This document shows positions 20,336-30,247 of a DNA stretch of 56,520 bases, one piece after another. The notes under the pieces were generated by a model. The model saw only the letters and a program-made list of their open reading frames with translations, did no database searches and was not told the origin of the DNA. Within the stretch, counting starts at the first letter, position 1, and the number at the start of each line of letters is the position of its first letter. The translations under genes and the position numbers were made by a program. This DNA comes from Candidatus Hodarchaeota archaeon (GTDB taxonomy: Archaea; Asgardarchaeota; Heimdallarchaeia; Hodarchaeales; Hodarchaeaceae). The stretch spans positions 1-56,520 of the forward strand of contig JAHQWW010000012.1 of NCBI GenBank assembly GCA_029856365.1. The letters are read 5' to 3'.

Positions 20336-20803
20336 ATGATAAAGGATTCATCCTCAAAAAAAGCGTTTAAAAAACAAACAAGGAATAAGAAGGCAGTAAT
20401 GATTCTTATAATATCAGGATTATTTGTTATTGAAGGAAATATGGTAGGGGGATCAGGAATTTTCGGTTTTCTGGGAGATATTATTGTAGAACAAGGATAT
20501 ATCACAGAAGCATATATGATTGATTTAATAACTACAGTTATCTTCGTATTTGGATTGATAGGAAGCCTAGGTGGGATTACTGTAATCATGGGGGCAGGAT
20601 TCATATTTTTCTATCGCAAAATACTGGGAAAACTTTTAGTTGCTTTAGGAACAGGGATGGGGTTAATTGGGCTTTTCATTCTATTTTTAACAACTTTTAT
20701 AACTGGAATTTATGCTTTTTTAGGTTTGATTTTAATCATAATTCATTCTATCGGTTGGATAGGTGTACTCTTGAGCATATATGGGACTAAAATCGTGAAA
20801 TAA
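20336..20803 (+). CDS. Hypothetical Gly-rich membrane protein
   Basis: About 4 TM helices with GxxxG patterns. Confidence 0.7.
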   Translation: MIKDSSSKKAFKKQTRNKKAVMILIISGLFVIEGNMVGGSGIFGFLGDIIVEQGYITEAYMIDLITTVIFVFGLIGSLGGITVIMGAGFIFFYRKILGKLLVALGTGMGLIGLFILFLTTFITGIYAFLGLILIIIHSIGWIGVLLSIYGTKIVK

Positions 20804-21219
20804 TCTTAAGGAAGAGTTTAATAGCAAAATATTGGTTAAATATATGATCTCATTCAGATCATCACATTGAAATTCTCTCATGGCTCATTAAGACATTTAA
20901 TCCTTGAAAACGATAGATATAAGGAATGTCTATCAAACTATATCTGAGCTGGATAATTAACGAATAACGAGGAAGGGAATAAGTAAAATCTCGAATGATT
21001 AGCAATATAAAACTGATTATTAATAAACTAGCAAGAAATATTATGATCTCAGTAATCTCAATTTGTAAATAAGTCATCATTGATTTTTTATTACAAACAA
21101 GATCAAAGCAAATCACCAATATGGATAAATCCTTAAGAACACTCCTCATAAATATAACTGGAAAGTCAATATGCAGATAGACTCATTATATCTTACTATT
21201 TCAGTACCAGAAATAAATT

Positions 21220-21245
21220 ACTCCTCCTTATGGAGGAGTCTTTTT
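21220..21245 (+). terminator. Perfect hairpin ACTCCTCC-TTAT-GGAGGAGT followed by a T-run
   Basis: 8-bp perfect stem plus CTTTTT; no obvious gene ends directly upstream. Confidence 0.45.
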
Positions 21246-21566
21246 ACTTCTGTCTCTAAGTTATTTCTTCCTAAAATGAATCCAATTATTCGATTTCTGG
21301 AAAGGAACTGAAATTTTACGAAGTTAAACACCTTCTGAAATATATATACCTGAATTTATCAATTTTTCAGATTGTAATAAAACTATAATTTGATGAAAAA
21401 TTGATTAGTTCACGAACTAAGTATTTTGTCATATATTACACTAGTTATTTTCGATAGAACAGAAGTAATTACTGAACAATTTATCAATCAAAAACCTTAT
21501 TAAAAAATCATGTGTATAATTCCATGTTTTCACAAATAAACCCTTTGGGAAAAAGGAAGATAACTG

Positions 21567-22154
21567 ATGACAAATGAAGTTGAAATTCCTTCTTGGTTAC
21601 GTTATTTAAACCTAATTATTGGTTTTTGTCTAATAATTTTATCTTTAATTGTTATTTTAAATTTCGGATTGGCAAAAACGACAATGGTCTTAATTCTTTC
21701 TTTTTCTTTAATAGCTATTTCTTTTACTAGGATAATAAATAGTCTGAAAGATGAATATCTTTCAAGTCATTTTAGAACTGCAAATGCTGTTGTGGGTGCC
21801 ATTGGATTAAGTATTGCAGCAGTGGCAATCCTTCCCCGCGACATTGAGATAACAACTTCAATATATTTTCTCGCTATTGGTTTGGGTTTACAAGGAGTCA
21901 TTCGAATTGCCATGGGAGGAGCTGACACAACTTTGTCTAACTGGTTACGAGGTTTTCTCATAAGTGTTGGAATTTTAACAATATTACTAACGCTTTTTGT
22001 CATGGTTTTTCCAAACATCAATGAGATGATCCTCATCGTTGTCTTGGCTTATGCATTTCTAGCAAATGGCTTAGCAAGAATTGCTAAAGGTCTAGCTGGA
22101 CACGATCTCTTCGAGGGAACATTACTTGATCGCAAACAACCTAAAAGTCAGTGA
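21567..22154 (+). CDS. HdeD/DUF308-family membrane protein
   Basis: Three repeated helical-hairpin units (WLR...G...GxxRI); six TMs. Confidence 0.8.
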   Translation: MTNEVEIPSWLRYLNLIIGFCLIILSLIVILNFGLAKTTMVLILSFSLIAISFTRIINSLKDEYLSSHFRTANAVVGAIGLSIAAVAILPRDIEITTSIYFLAIGLGLQGVIRIAMGGADTTLSNWLRGFLISVGILTILLTLFVMVFPNINEMILIVVLAYAFLANGLARIAKGLAGHDLFEGTLLDRKQPKSQ

Positions 22155-22548
22155 ATGGTCTCAGGATTCCCATTGAACTGTTTTTTATAAAAAATTTTTT
22201 CTCTATAAAAAATATATTAGTCAGATCTTAAATCTTCTTTATATTAGTATTGATCATTGTAAGAATTTTATTAAAAGAAGCATTATTAATCATAAATAAC
22301 TTCAAATGAGAAAATAATTAGAGAATGAAGTTTTTTATGAGTATTTGACGTTATCATGATAGAGGAAATCATCAACTAGTACAAAAAGAAAGTTGAAGGA
22401 ATTAAAACAAATGAGCTGAATTTTATTTATTTCCTACACAAAAATCTATCTTTTCTAAAATCTGATTGAAATATTTTCAAAAAAATATGATCGCACATCC
22501 AAAAAATTTTTATATTTTGATGACGCTGAAGTCTCAAACTTTTTCGGT

Positions 22549-23085
22549 GTGAATGAAATGGTAGTGAAATTAATTCTTGGGACTGCCTTTTTTCGACGAT
22601 CATCAGTCGAAGAGATTGAACAAACTGAAACATTAACCAAATATGCATGGTTTTTTCTAATTATCGAAGCAGTAATCATTTTTCTCTCTGCATATTTTGG
22701 GCCAGGAACAGGATTGAATCCCCCCTTAAATGAGGTCATTCAAGAGACTTTTTGGGCATTTGCTACTACTTTAATTCTTTATTTTAGTATCGCAATCATT
22801 GGTAACCTCCTTGGAGGTGAAACATCATTTGGTGAAATTTTAAGGGTCATGGGATTTACAGTACCAATTACATGGATTATTGCCTTAATATTCTATTTAC
22901 TACCTGACTTGTTGATAATATGGGTTATAATTCTATTATATCTTATCGCGGTCACGATTTATGTTTTAATGGTCGCGATTGGAAAAGGTGCTTTTACAGC
23001 GATTATTAGTGTTATTGTGGGAGTGATTATCACAATAATTCTGAGCTCCTTACTTTATTATGCCCTCACATTAATTATAGGATAA
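22549..23085 (+). CDS. Yip1-domain membrane protein
   Basis: LLGGETSFGEILRVMGF motif typical of YIP1; 5 TMs. Start may be ATG 22558. Confidence 0.75.
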   Translation: MNEMVVKLILGTAFFRRSSVEEIEQTETLTKYAWFFLIIEAVIIFLSAYFGPGTGLNPPLNEVIQETFWAFATTLILYFSIAIIGNLLGGETSFGEILRVMGFTVPITWIIALIFYLLPDLLIIWVIILLYLIAVTIYVLMVAIGKGAFTAIISVIVGVIITIILSSLLYYALTLIIG

Positions 23086-23106
23086 ATCTTTTAATAAAAA
23101 GAAGGA

Positions 23107-23272
23107 ATGAAGTTTGTAAAACAAAATGTTAGAATTATGGTGAAGAGATAAAAGATATGGCATTATTATCCCCCATATCTTTGGACTGATCATCTATTTC
23201 ATTCCTACTCCTGAGGGTGTAAATCAGACCGTTTGGCATCTACTTGCTATCATTCTTTCTTCTGATCCTTGA
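23107..23272 (+). pseudogene. N-terminal remnant of a DASS/SLC13 anion symporter
   Basis: Frame from 23156 reads YGIIIPHIFGLIIYFIPTPEGVNQTVWHLLAIIL, matching the PxPEG..WHLxAI start of DASS transporters. It is out of frame with ATG 23107 and truncated. Confidence 0.55.
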
Positions 23273-23569
23273 GCTCTTTCTTTCTCTCTATTTCTGCAGA
23301 TTTTCTTATTTTATCAGCTTCTTTTGTAGGGGGGACTTTTTTCCTCTTAGGAAACAATTTTTCCAAATCTGCATTTAGATCGGAACCTGGTATAAAATCA
23401 AGCTCTAATATAAGATCTTGAGTATAACGACTTCGAGCTAGTTGGATCTTTTTATTTTTATGGTGAAACGAAATTTTTATTTACGAATTATACCCTCCAT
23501 TTTTTTTATTCCATTTTGAAACATACGGCTGTTTAGAACTAATATTCGTTGGATAGTTTACATTTGCCA

Positions 23570-23773
23570 TTATGTTCTTGGCTTTTTCTTCTCTTCTATC
23601 TTTTTCAGAGCTTTTTCTTTTTCTTCTCCTGTTTTCTTTTTCATTTCTATCTTCATTGATGTAATTTTTTTTCGAATTTTTTCTACTTCTTTCTGTTTTT
23701 GAATAACCTCAAGATCTAAGTTTTTAGCTTGATTTTCTAATTTTTCTATTTCTCTACGGAGTTTTTCACTCAT
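23570..23773 (-). CDS. Small Lys/Glu-rich coiled-coil protein
   Basis: MSEKLRREIEKLENQ...; GGAGG RBS before ATG 23773. Confidence 0.65.
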   Translation of the reverse strand: MSEKLRREIEKLENQAKNLDLEVIQKQKEVEKIRKKITSMKIEMKKKTGEEKEKALKKIEEKKKPRT

Positions 23774-24147
23774 AAAGATTCCTCCAGAAGTAATTGCTTT
23801 GTTGAAATTATGATTTATAAAAGACATTTTCTCTTAAATTACTCCACTTTTTAGTCTTTTCTAGATATTCATTGTCTTTTATTTAATCTTCTAATCACAT
23901 CTAAATCCAGAATTCATCGGAGCTTTTTCAAAGAAATTAGAAATTTGTTGTTACGAAAGGTTCCATACTTTGATGGCCAAGTTGATTATTCCTGAGTACT
24001 TTATTGGGGTAACTAAAACAGTTTAGACTAATATCCGAAATAAAAATTGTAATAACATCTAAAGGTCTATCTTTAAATTAAAAATACTACAAATAAAAAT
24101 ATTTTTACATTCAGAGAATAACTGACTGAAAACCTCCCTTATGGTTA

Positions 24148-25533
24148 TTGAAAATGATGCCCTCGATTCAAGTTTTAAAAAAGCATAAAAAAAGACCCTC
24201 AGTTAAGATTCGCCGACCTTTTAAAGATTTCATTAAAACAGAAGAATTCAGTGGAATCTTATTAATTATGTGCACAATTATTGCCTTGATTATAGCAAAC
24301 ACGCAATTGGCAAACCAATATTTTGAACTATGGGAGACATATCTTTCATTATCTTTAGATGGATTTAACTTAAGTAAACCCTTGCATTTATGGATAAATG
24401 ATGGATTAATGGCTATTTTCTTTTTTGTTGTTGGCTTAGAGATTAAAAGAGAACTACTTGTGGGAGAATTAAAAAGTCTGAAAAAAGCAATCCTTCCTGT
24501 TTCAGCAGCTCTTGGGGGAATGATTGTTCCAGCTTTATTATATATGATCGTTAATATTAGTAATCCAAGCGCTTCACGTGGGTGGGGTATTCCTATGGCA
24601 ACTGATATTGCTTTTGTTATTGGCATTATGGCTTTGTTAGGAACCAAAGTTCCTTTTTCACTGAAAATTTTTCTTACAAGTCTAGCTATTGTGGATGACA
24701 TCGGTGCTGTATTGATTATCGCACTATTTTACTCTCATAATATCGAATTACATTATTTAATAGTTGCAGGTTGTTTTTTGGTAGGATTATTTCTAATTAA
24801 TCGGTTAGAAGTTCAAAATCACATGGTTTATGCCATAATTGGCTTCATTTTATGGTATTTTATCTTCATAAGTGGTATGCATGCTACCATCGCTGGGATA
24901 TTGATTGCAATCGCAATTCCTGCTAGAACAAGAATAAACCCTGATGAATTTGTTGCAGAAGGACAACTGATATTAGAAAGATTTAAGGCAGCTGGGCCTC
25001 GTGAAAGAGAGATTCTACTCAATCGTCAGCATCTTGCAGCACTTAAGACACTTGAATTATCATGCTTAAATGTACAGACTCCCTTACAACGATTTGAAAG
25101 AGGTCTTCATTATTGGGTGGCTTTTTCGATTATACCACTATTTATCTTTTCTAATGCTGGGATCGCTATAGAAGTTATTGAGCTGAGTATGTTTCTCCAG
25201 CCAATAACTCTAGGGATTATTATTGGATTGGTTTTTGGTAAACAAATGGGGATCTTTCTTTTCGCCTGGATTTCCATTAAATTAGGTTTAACGGAATTAC
25301 CATCTGGCTTGACGTGGGGACATATTTATGGAGGAGCATGGTTAGGTGGTATTGGATTTACAATGTCCCTATTTATGGCAAGTCTTGCATTAATTGATCC
25401 GAACAATCTTATCATGGCAAAAATCGGGATTATTACCGGGTCATTAATTTCTGGTATTGTTGGATATTTAATTTTAAGATATGTTCATATCAAATCTCAA
25501 AAATCAAATCCTACCCCCTCTAAGAGTACTTAA
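24148..25533 (+). CDS. nhaA: Na+/H+ antiporter NhaA
   Basis: WINDGLMAIFF, GLEIKRE, ATDIAF, LAIVDD and GIGFTMSLF. Confidence 0.97.
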   Translation: MKMMPSIQVLKKHKKRPSVKIRRPFKDFIKTEEFSGILLIMCTIIALIIANTQLANQYFELWETYLSLSLDGFNLSKPLHLWINDGLMAIFFFVVGLEIKRELLVGELKSLKKAILPVSAALGGMIVPALLYMIVNISNPSASRGWGIPMATDIAFVIGIMALLGTKVPFSLKIFLTSLAIVDDIGAVLIIALFYSHNIELHYLIVAGCFLVGLFLINRLEVQNHMVYAIIGFILWYFIFISGMHATIAGILIAIAIPARTRINPDEFVAEGQLILERFKAAGPREREILLNRQHLAALKTLELSCLNVQTPLQRFERGLHYWVAFSIIPLFIFSNAGIAIEVIELSMFLQPITLGIIIGLVFGKQMGIFLFAWISIKLGLTELPSGLTWGHIYGGAWLGGIGFTMSLFMASLALIDPNNLIMAKIGIITGSLISGIVGYLILRYVHIKSQKSNPTPSKST

Positions 25534-25662
25534 CTCAAATCCACAAGGAAATAAATTAAATCCTGCCACCAATAAAAAAATAAATATCTTATTTTCATTT
25601 CCATGGCAAACTAAATTACTTTTAGTAAATTTTACTAAAAGTAGATTTGAGTAGATTTGATT

Positions 25663-25959
25663 TTAATCTTCCAAGGATTTTTCCCAAGTATGCCAATCAA
25701 ATTTCTGAAAGGTATATACCTTCCTAATCGGCTCAATCACTTTCCAAGTGCATTTCAAACCTTTAGGAAATTGAACCAATGACCCACCTTTTACTTCAAC
25801 CTCCTCAATGGGTGTTTTTACGATGACCTTACCCTCAAACACATAGGCAGTTTCGTCTTCCTGATATTCCCAATCAAACGTAGATGGTTCACAATCCCAA
25901 GATCCCCAGTTTGTGGTGTCTACTTTTTCTTTTTCAATTTTTTTTTGTTTAATTTTCAT
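25663..25959 (-). CDS. Cupin (DUF861/EutQ-like)
   Basis: WDCEPSTFDWEY..ETAYVFEG..FPKGLKCTW. Confidence 0.88.
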   Translation of the reverse strand: MKIKQKKIEKEKVDTTNWGSWDCEPSTFDWEYQEDETAYVFEGKVIVKTPIEEVEVKGGSLVQFPKGLKCTWKVIEPIRKVYTFQKFDWHTWEKSLED

Positions 25960-25983
25960 TGCCCGTTCACCCTCAAAAACTAA

Positions 25984-26892
25984 TCAAGTCAAGGGTCTGT
26001 TAAAGATATCAAATCGAGAATAATGTCCACTTATATCAAAGTTTTGGCGCTCTTGAATTGCTAATATTGGATCGACATCAGCAAATATTATTCCTTCTTT
26101 GTCTATTAAAGAACCTGCAACAACCTCTCCAGTAGGGTCAACAACAATAGAACCTCCATCTTGCCAACTTTTCGAATGAGATTCCATAATGTCCTTCATT
26201 GGGAATTCAGATTCATTTAAATGTGAAAAATCTTCGGGTCGTAAAAGACCTGAAGTTGAAATAACCCACAAACGTCCTTCAAGAGCAATGAAGCGGGTAA
26301 TATCTTGAGTCAATCCAAGTGAACCAGGCCAAACTGCTACGTGGATAATTTCCTCTTGCAAATGAAGAGCAGCTCTAGCCAAAGGCAACCAATTTTCCCA
26401 GCAGTTTAATCCACCGACTTTTATACCTTTAAAAGGATGTGTTTTGAGGCCTGAACCGTCCCCATCTCCCCAAACTAAACGCTCCTCGTACGTAGGTTTG
26501 ATCTTTCTATGTCGTCCCAATACCTCTCCATTTTGACCAATAGTAAGAAGAGTGCAATATATTGATCCTCCAGATTTTTCAGCAACTCCTCCAATGAACA
26601 TCATGTCTAATTCTTTGGCTAATTCCTTCATTTCATCAATAATCCCACTATTTTCTATATAGATAGATTGATGCCAATATTTTCCATAAACAGTTTTTTG
26701 GTGTAAATCATTGAATTTAGATCCACATGAAGGAGAAAGCCAAATAGGATAACCAGGTATTAATGTTTCCCCCCAAGTTACTAAATCCGCACCTTTGGAC
26801 TTAGCTTCCCGAATATAATGTGCTAATTTTTTCCAAGTCTTTTGAGCATCAAGGAAAATTGGTGCAATTTGAATCCCAGCAACTCGAATCAT
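25984..26892 (-). CDS. Nitrilase (carbon-nitrogen hydrolase)
   Basis: Glu-Lys-Cys triad (GETLIPGYP, HRKIKPT, LNCWEN); FDISGHYSR. Confidence 0.92.
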   Translation of the reverse strand: MIRVAGIQIAPIFLDAQKTWKKLAHYIREAKSKGADLVTWGETLIPGYPIWLSPSCGSKFNDLHQKTVYGKYWHQSIYIENSGIIDEMKELAKELDMMFIGGVAEKSGGSIYCTLLTIGQNGEVLGRHRKIKPTYEERLVWGDGDGSGLKTHPFKGIKVGGLNCWENWLPLARAALHLQEEIIHVAVWPGSLGLTQDITRFIALEGRLWVISTSGLLRPEDFSHLNESEFPMKDIMESHSKSWQDGGSIVVDPTGEVVAGSLIDKEGIIFADVDPILAIQERQNFDISGHYSRFDIFNRPLT

Positions 26893-26955
26893 AACGGGAT
26901 AAAAGTAAGAAGAATATAAAAATCATTACCAGAGGTTTCTATCAAAGCGAAATCC

Positions 26956-28302
26956 CTATACATAACCAAGCAGCTGAGAAACAATCTCCTCGTAAATAGA
27001 TGAAAATTTTTTCATTGAAGCTAAATCAATAAATTCATCAGTTCCATGTATATTTCCACCTCTTGGGCCTAAATCAATGACTGGAATATCAGAGGCATAA
27101 CGTGCGTCTGATGCTCCTTCCTGTTCACAAGGATCTGAAGGTAATGAATGCTTTTCTAATACTTCTGACGCGATTTTAACAAGTGGATTTCCTATTGGAG
27201 TATGAAAATATCCTGATGTTCCTGGACAGGAAATTTCAGCTTCGGTAGCTAACTCATCCAATCGTTGTTTGAAGCTCTTTACTAAGATATTGGTCTTTTC
27301 AGAGGAAAGAAATGCTCTCACATCAAAATAGATTTCGGTTCCATTAGTATCAGAATATGAAACGACATTGGGATTGACAGAAATACCAAATTCACTAGGG
27401 ATCTCTGTAGGTAGGTCAAGTAATATTATACTCCGTATTTTCAGTAATATCTTTGTTAGATTTTCATCATATGACACTAGTGGAGATTCTAGTTTTTTTG
27501 TAAGCTGAACAATATTAGCTTCAACATAATCTGGTATCACATTTCCTTTTATCCAGGGTCCATCAATTTCTTTGACCATCCAGTCTCGATGAAGATGAAG
27601 AAGCTTGGAAAGAACAACCATTGCATGGGTGTCACAACCTTGCACAAAATAAGCACTGTGACGATTGTCATCTCCGAGTATACGCGTGTGACATGTTTGA
27701 TTTTGTAAATGACCAAAAGATTCGATAATTTTAGGTGGGATTTTTACTTTGATTCCAAAGCCAGCACGCCGTTTGTAAACTACACGAGGGCCTCCATCAA
27801 CGTTAATTACATATTTAAGTGGAATATTATGCTTTGTAACATAATTGAAAAAGATTTGGGCACCATTTTGACCACCAGTTTCTTCATCAGTAGAAAAAAA
27901 GAATCCAAGATGTTCTACTAGAGGATTGTTTTCTCTGCAAAACTTCTCTAACATGAGTAATGCTGAAACTACTGAACCTTTACAGTCTTTTGAGCCTCGA
28001 CCATATCCTAACCCTGAACCTGAATCAATTCTAAGAGTAAACGGATCTGATGTCCATCCTTTACTAACAGGAACTACATCAAGGTGCCCCATAAAGAGGA
28101 TGTCAACATTCTTTGGATCCAGTGCCATATAGAGAGAAGAATATCCTTGATTTTCCAATATTTGAGCTTGGAAATTTGGGATCCAACCTTTTACTACTTT
28201 TTGAATAAAATCCAAAATATTGGGATCAGGATGAATATCCTTTGTAGGATCATTTATTGTTTTATATTGTATTAATTCCTGAAGAAGAGTCTCAGCTTCC
28301 AT
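26956..28302 (-). CDS. M20-family metallopeptidase/deacylase (ArgE/DapE-like)
   Basis: GHLDVVP, GRGSKDCKG, DEETG, GASDAR and HGTDE. Start at MEAET behind GGAG. Confidence 0.9.
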   Translation of the reverse strand: MEAETLLQELIQYKTINDPTKDIHPDPNILDFIQKVVKGWIPNFQAQILENQGYSSLYMALDPKNVDILFMGHLDVVPVSKGWTSDPFTLRIDSGSGLGYGRGSKDCKGSVVSALLMLEKFCRENNPLVEHLGFFFSTDEETGGQNGAQIFFNYVTKHNIPLKYVINVDGGPRVVYKRRAGFGIKVKIPPKIIESFGHLQNQTCHTRILGDDNRHSAYFVQGCDTHAMVVLSKLLHLHRDWMVKEIDGPWIKGNVIPDYVEANIVQLTKKLESPLVSYDENLTKILLKIRSIILLDLPTEIPSEFGISVNPNVVSYSDTNGTEIYFDVRAFLSSEKTNILVKSFKQRLDELATEAEISCPGTSGYFHTPIGNPLVKIASEVLEKHSLPSDPCEQEGASDARYASDIPVIDLGPRGGNIHGTDEFIDLASMKKFSSIYEEIVSQLLGYV

Positions 28303-28334
28303 ATTAGTTTTAACTCCTTGAATACTAACCAATT

Positions 28335-29531
28335 TCACCGAATACGGGATAAGTATCGTTCTAATCGCTTCCCAATGCGATCAGATACTCCCTTCGGAAT
28401 CGGATGGTCACTTTCAGACCCAATCGCCATTAACGTTAAATCTAAAGCAGATTGTTGGGCATTAAAACCCTTCCTGATCAGTTCTTTGCTGAAATGGTCT
28501 TTGGTTGAAGCCCACCACGTTTGACATGAATGTTGGGCTTTAGCAACAGCTTTTAGTGCCATCTTAACCTCATAGTCTGTTTCATCCTTTTTCGATAACA
28601 ATAATTCAAGAGTTTCAGAAAGTAGATCGGAATGAAAATTCAATAACTCGTGAATACTATTACCTGGGTAAGCCCAAAGAGGAAAAGGAATATCTCGATA
28701 CAGATCCTCTTCAGAGGTGCTCCAACTGCTACTCCGGAACTCCACAATGGGTTGTTTTGGTAATTCCAAGATCTCAGAAACAGCCCTGGGCTCAGTTGAT
28801 TGGAGGATTTGAACTAAGAATTTTTCGTATTTGTGATGATGTTCCCCAAAAGTCTCTAAATCTGTTGCAAGTACTAATATCCCATTAGGTTGTAGTGCTT
28901 TTAACCTGTTGAAATGCTCTAAAGCATTTTGGATTGTAGCATATCGTCGAAAGGAAATATTATTTGAAACCTCACGATTTCGGTTAATGAGAAAAAGGTT
29001 TGGTGCACTTGGATGGACAAGTAATCGAGTAAGCAAAGGAGTTGGAAAAGGAGAATTTGAGCTAATAGAAACCTCTGGAACAATCATATACTCGTATCCC
29101 AAGGATTCCACAAGAGTAGTAAGGGTTTCAGAAACAGCAAGTTCAGGTGGCCATAATCCACGAGGTTTCCAAACAGAGCCAAAAATACGTGAGTTGATCT
29201 TTCTATTCATCTTAATCTGTTTTCGTGCTTCTCTTTGAGATATTAACGGGAGGATTGGGTGATAAGCTCCAGAATCGAGAAATTCGATCTGGTTATTTCG
29301 AGCTAACTCGGCATATTTCTCTATTACTATTAAATAATCGTCTTCTAGCATCTCTGTGAGACTAGCATTCATGTTCATGGTTATTTTAAAGTCAGGATTA
29401 TTTTGTAAAACCTGTGCAATCGGTAAATAGCATAGTTTCACGATGCGATCTAGAATGCTAACTTCTTGAGTGGGAGGCTGATAAGCATGCAATACTGCTA
29501 CAAAAGGAAGTGAAATATTATCTATAGACAA
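28335..29531 (-). CDS. Glycoside hydrolase family 57
   Basis: HAYQP, YHPILPL, WPPELA (nucleophile) and DLETFGEH (acid/base). Confidence 0.9.
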   Translation of the reverse strand: MSIDNISLPFVAVLHAYQPPTQEVSILDRIVKLCYLPIAQVLQNNPDFKITMNMNASLTEMLEDDYLIVIEKYAELARNNQIEFLDSGAYHPILPLISQREARKQIKMNRKINSRIFGSVWKPRGLWPPELAVSETLTTLVESLGYEYMIVPEVSISSNSPFPTPLLTRLLVHPSAPNLFLINRNREVSNNISFRRYATIQNALEHFNRLKALQPNGILVLATDLETFGEHHHKYEKFLVQILQSTEPRAVSEILELPKQPIVEFRSSSWSTSEEDLYRDIPFPLWAYPGNSIHELLNFHSDLLSETLELLLSKKDETDYEVKMALKAVAKAQHSCQTWWASTKDHFSKELIRKGFNAQQSALDLTLMAIGSESDHPIPKGVSDRIGKRLERYLSRIR

Positions 29532-29542
29532 TGTTCTTACAC

Positions 29543-30194
29543 CTATTGCGCCAAAATATATTTTCTCTGAATGATTTCAAGTAAGTTATTTAAATCACCT
29601 ATAAGCTCAAAATTCTCGCATAAGAGTCCTGATGTTAATGCTCCTTTTATTTCCTCAGGATCATGAGCGATGAATAAAGCCTTATTGGGTTGTATATTTA
29701 AGGTTGATAATATTCTGGAATACATCTGCTTATGAGGTTTACCCCAACATCCCGCGAAGATACTATTTTATGAACATATAGAGATAATTGAGATAGTACC
29801 TCACGAATGGTTCTAGAAGAAAGAGCACTATCAGTTAAGAGGCCAATCTTGTACCCAACCTGCCATAATTTAGATATCGTTTCAAAAATACATGGATCAG
29901 GGTTTTCCCACCATTTTTCAATTTCATATTCTTCAATTAATGAAATCTTGAATTCTGGTTCGGAGGATGAATTGAGTGAAACATGTTTAAATTTAAAATC
30001 AAAGCCCAATATTCGAACTTTTTCATATACTTGGGTATTATTTTTTACAAAAACTTTTGACCGTCTATTTTTGAGCTGCAAAAATGAGTTAAGAACTCAT
30101 TCCGAGCTTTTACTTGATCATCTGGAATCTTATGGACAAGACTATCCCCTGCATCGAAAATTATTGCAGAAATGGGCGTTCTAGAGGTTTCCAT
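29543..30194 (-). pseudogene. HAD-superfamily hydrolase split over three frames
   Basis: ATG 30194 gives METSRTPISAIIFDAGDSLV (motif I). The middle frame has GLLTD (motif II) and SSRDVG. The last frame has PHKQMY...FIAHD. Frameshifts near 30050 and 29740. Confidence 0.8.
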
Positions 30195-30247
30195 TTTTAA
30201 AGGAGCTCTTGTGTTAGTTTAAGGGATTATTAAAACTGCTTTTACAA

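Noticed and set aside
20862-21149. 95-aa minus-strand ORF
   Set aside because: No recognisable motif or RBS, in AT-rich spacer DNA; cannot be supported.
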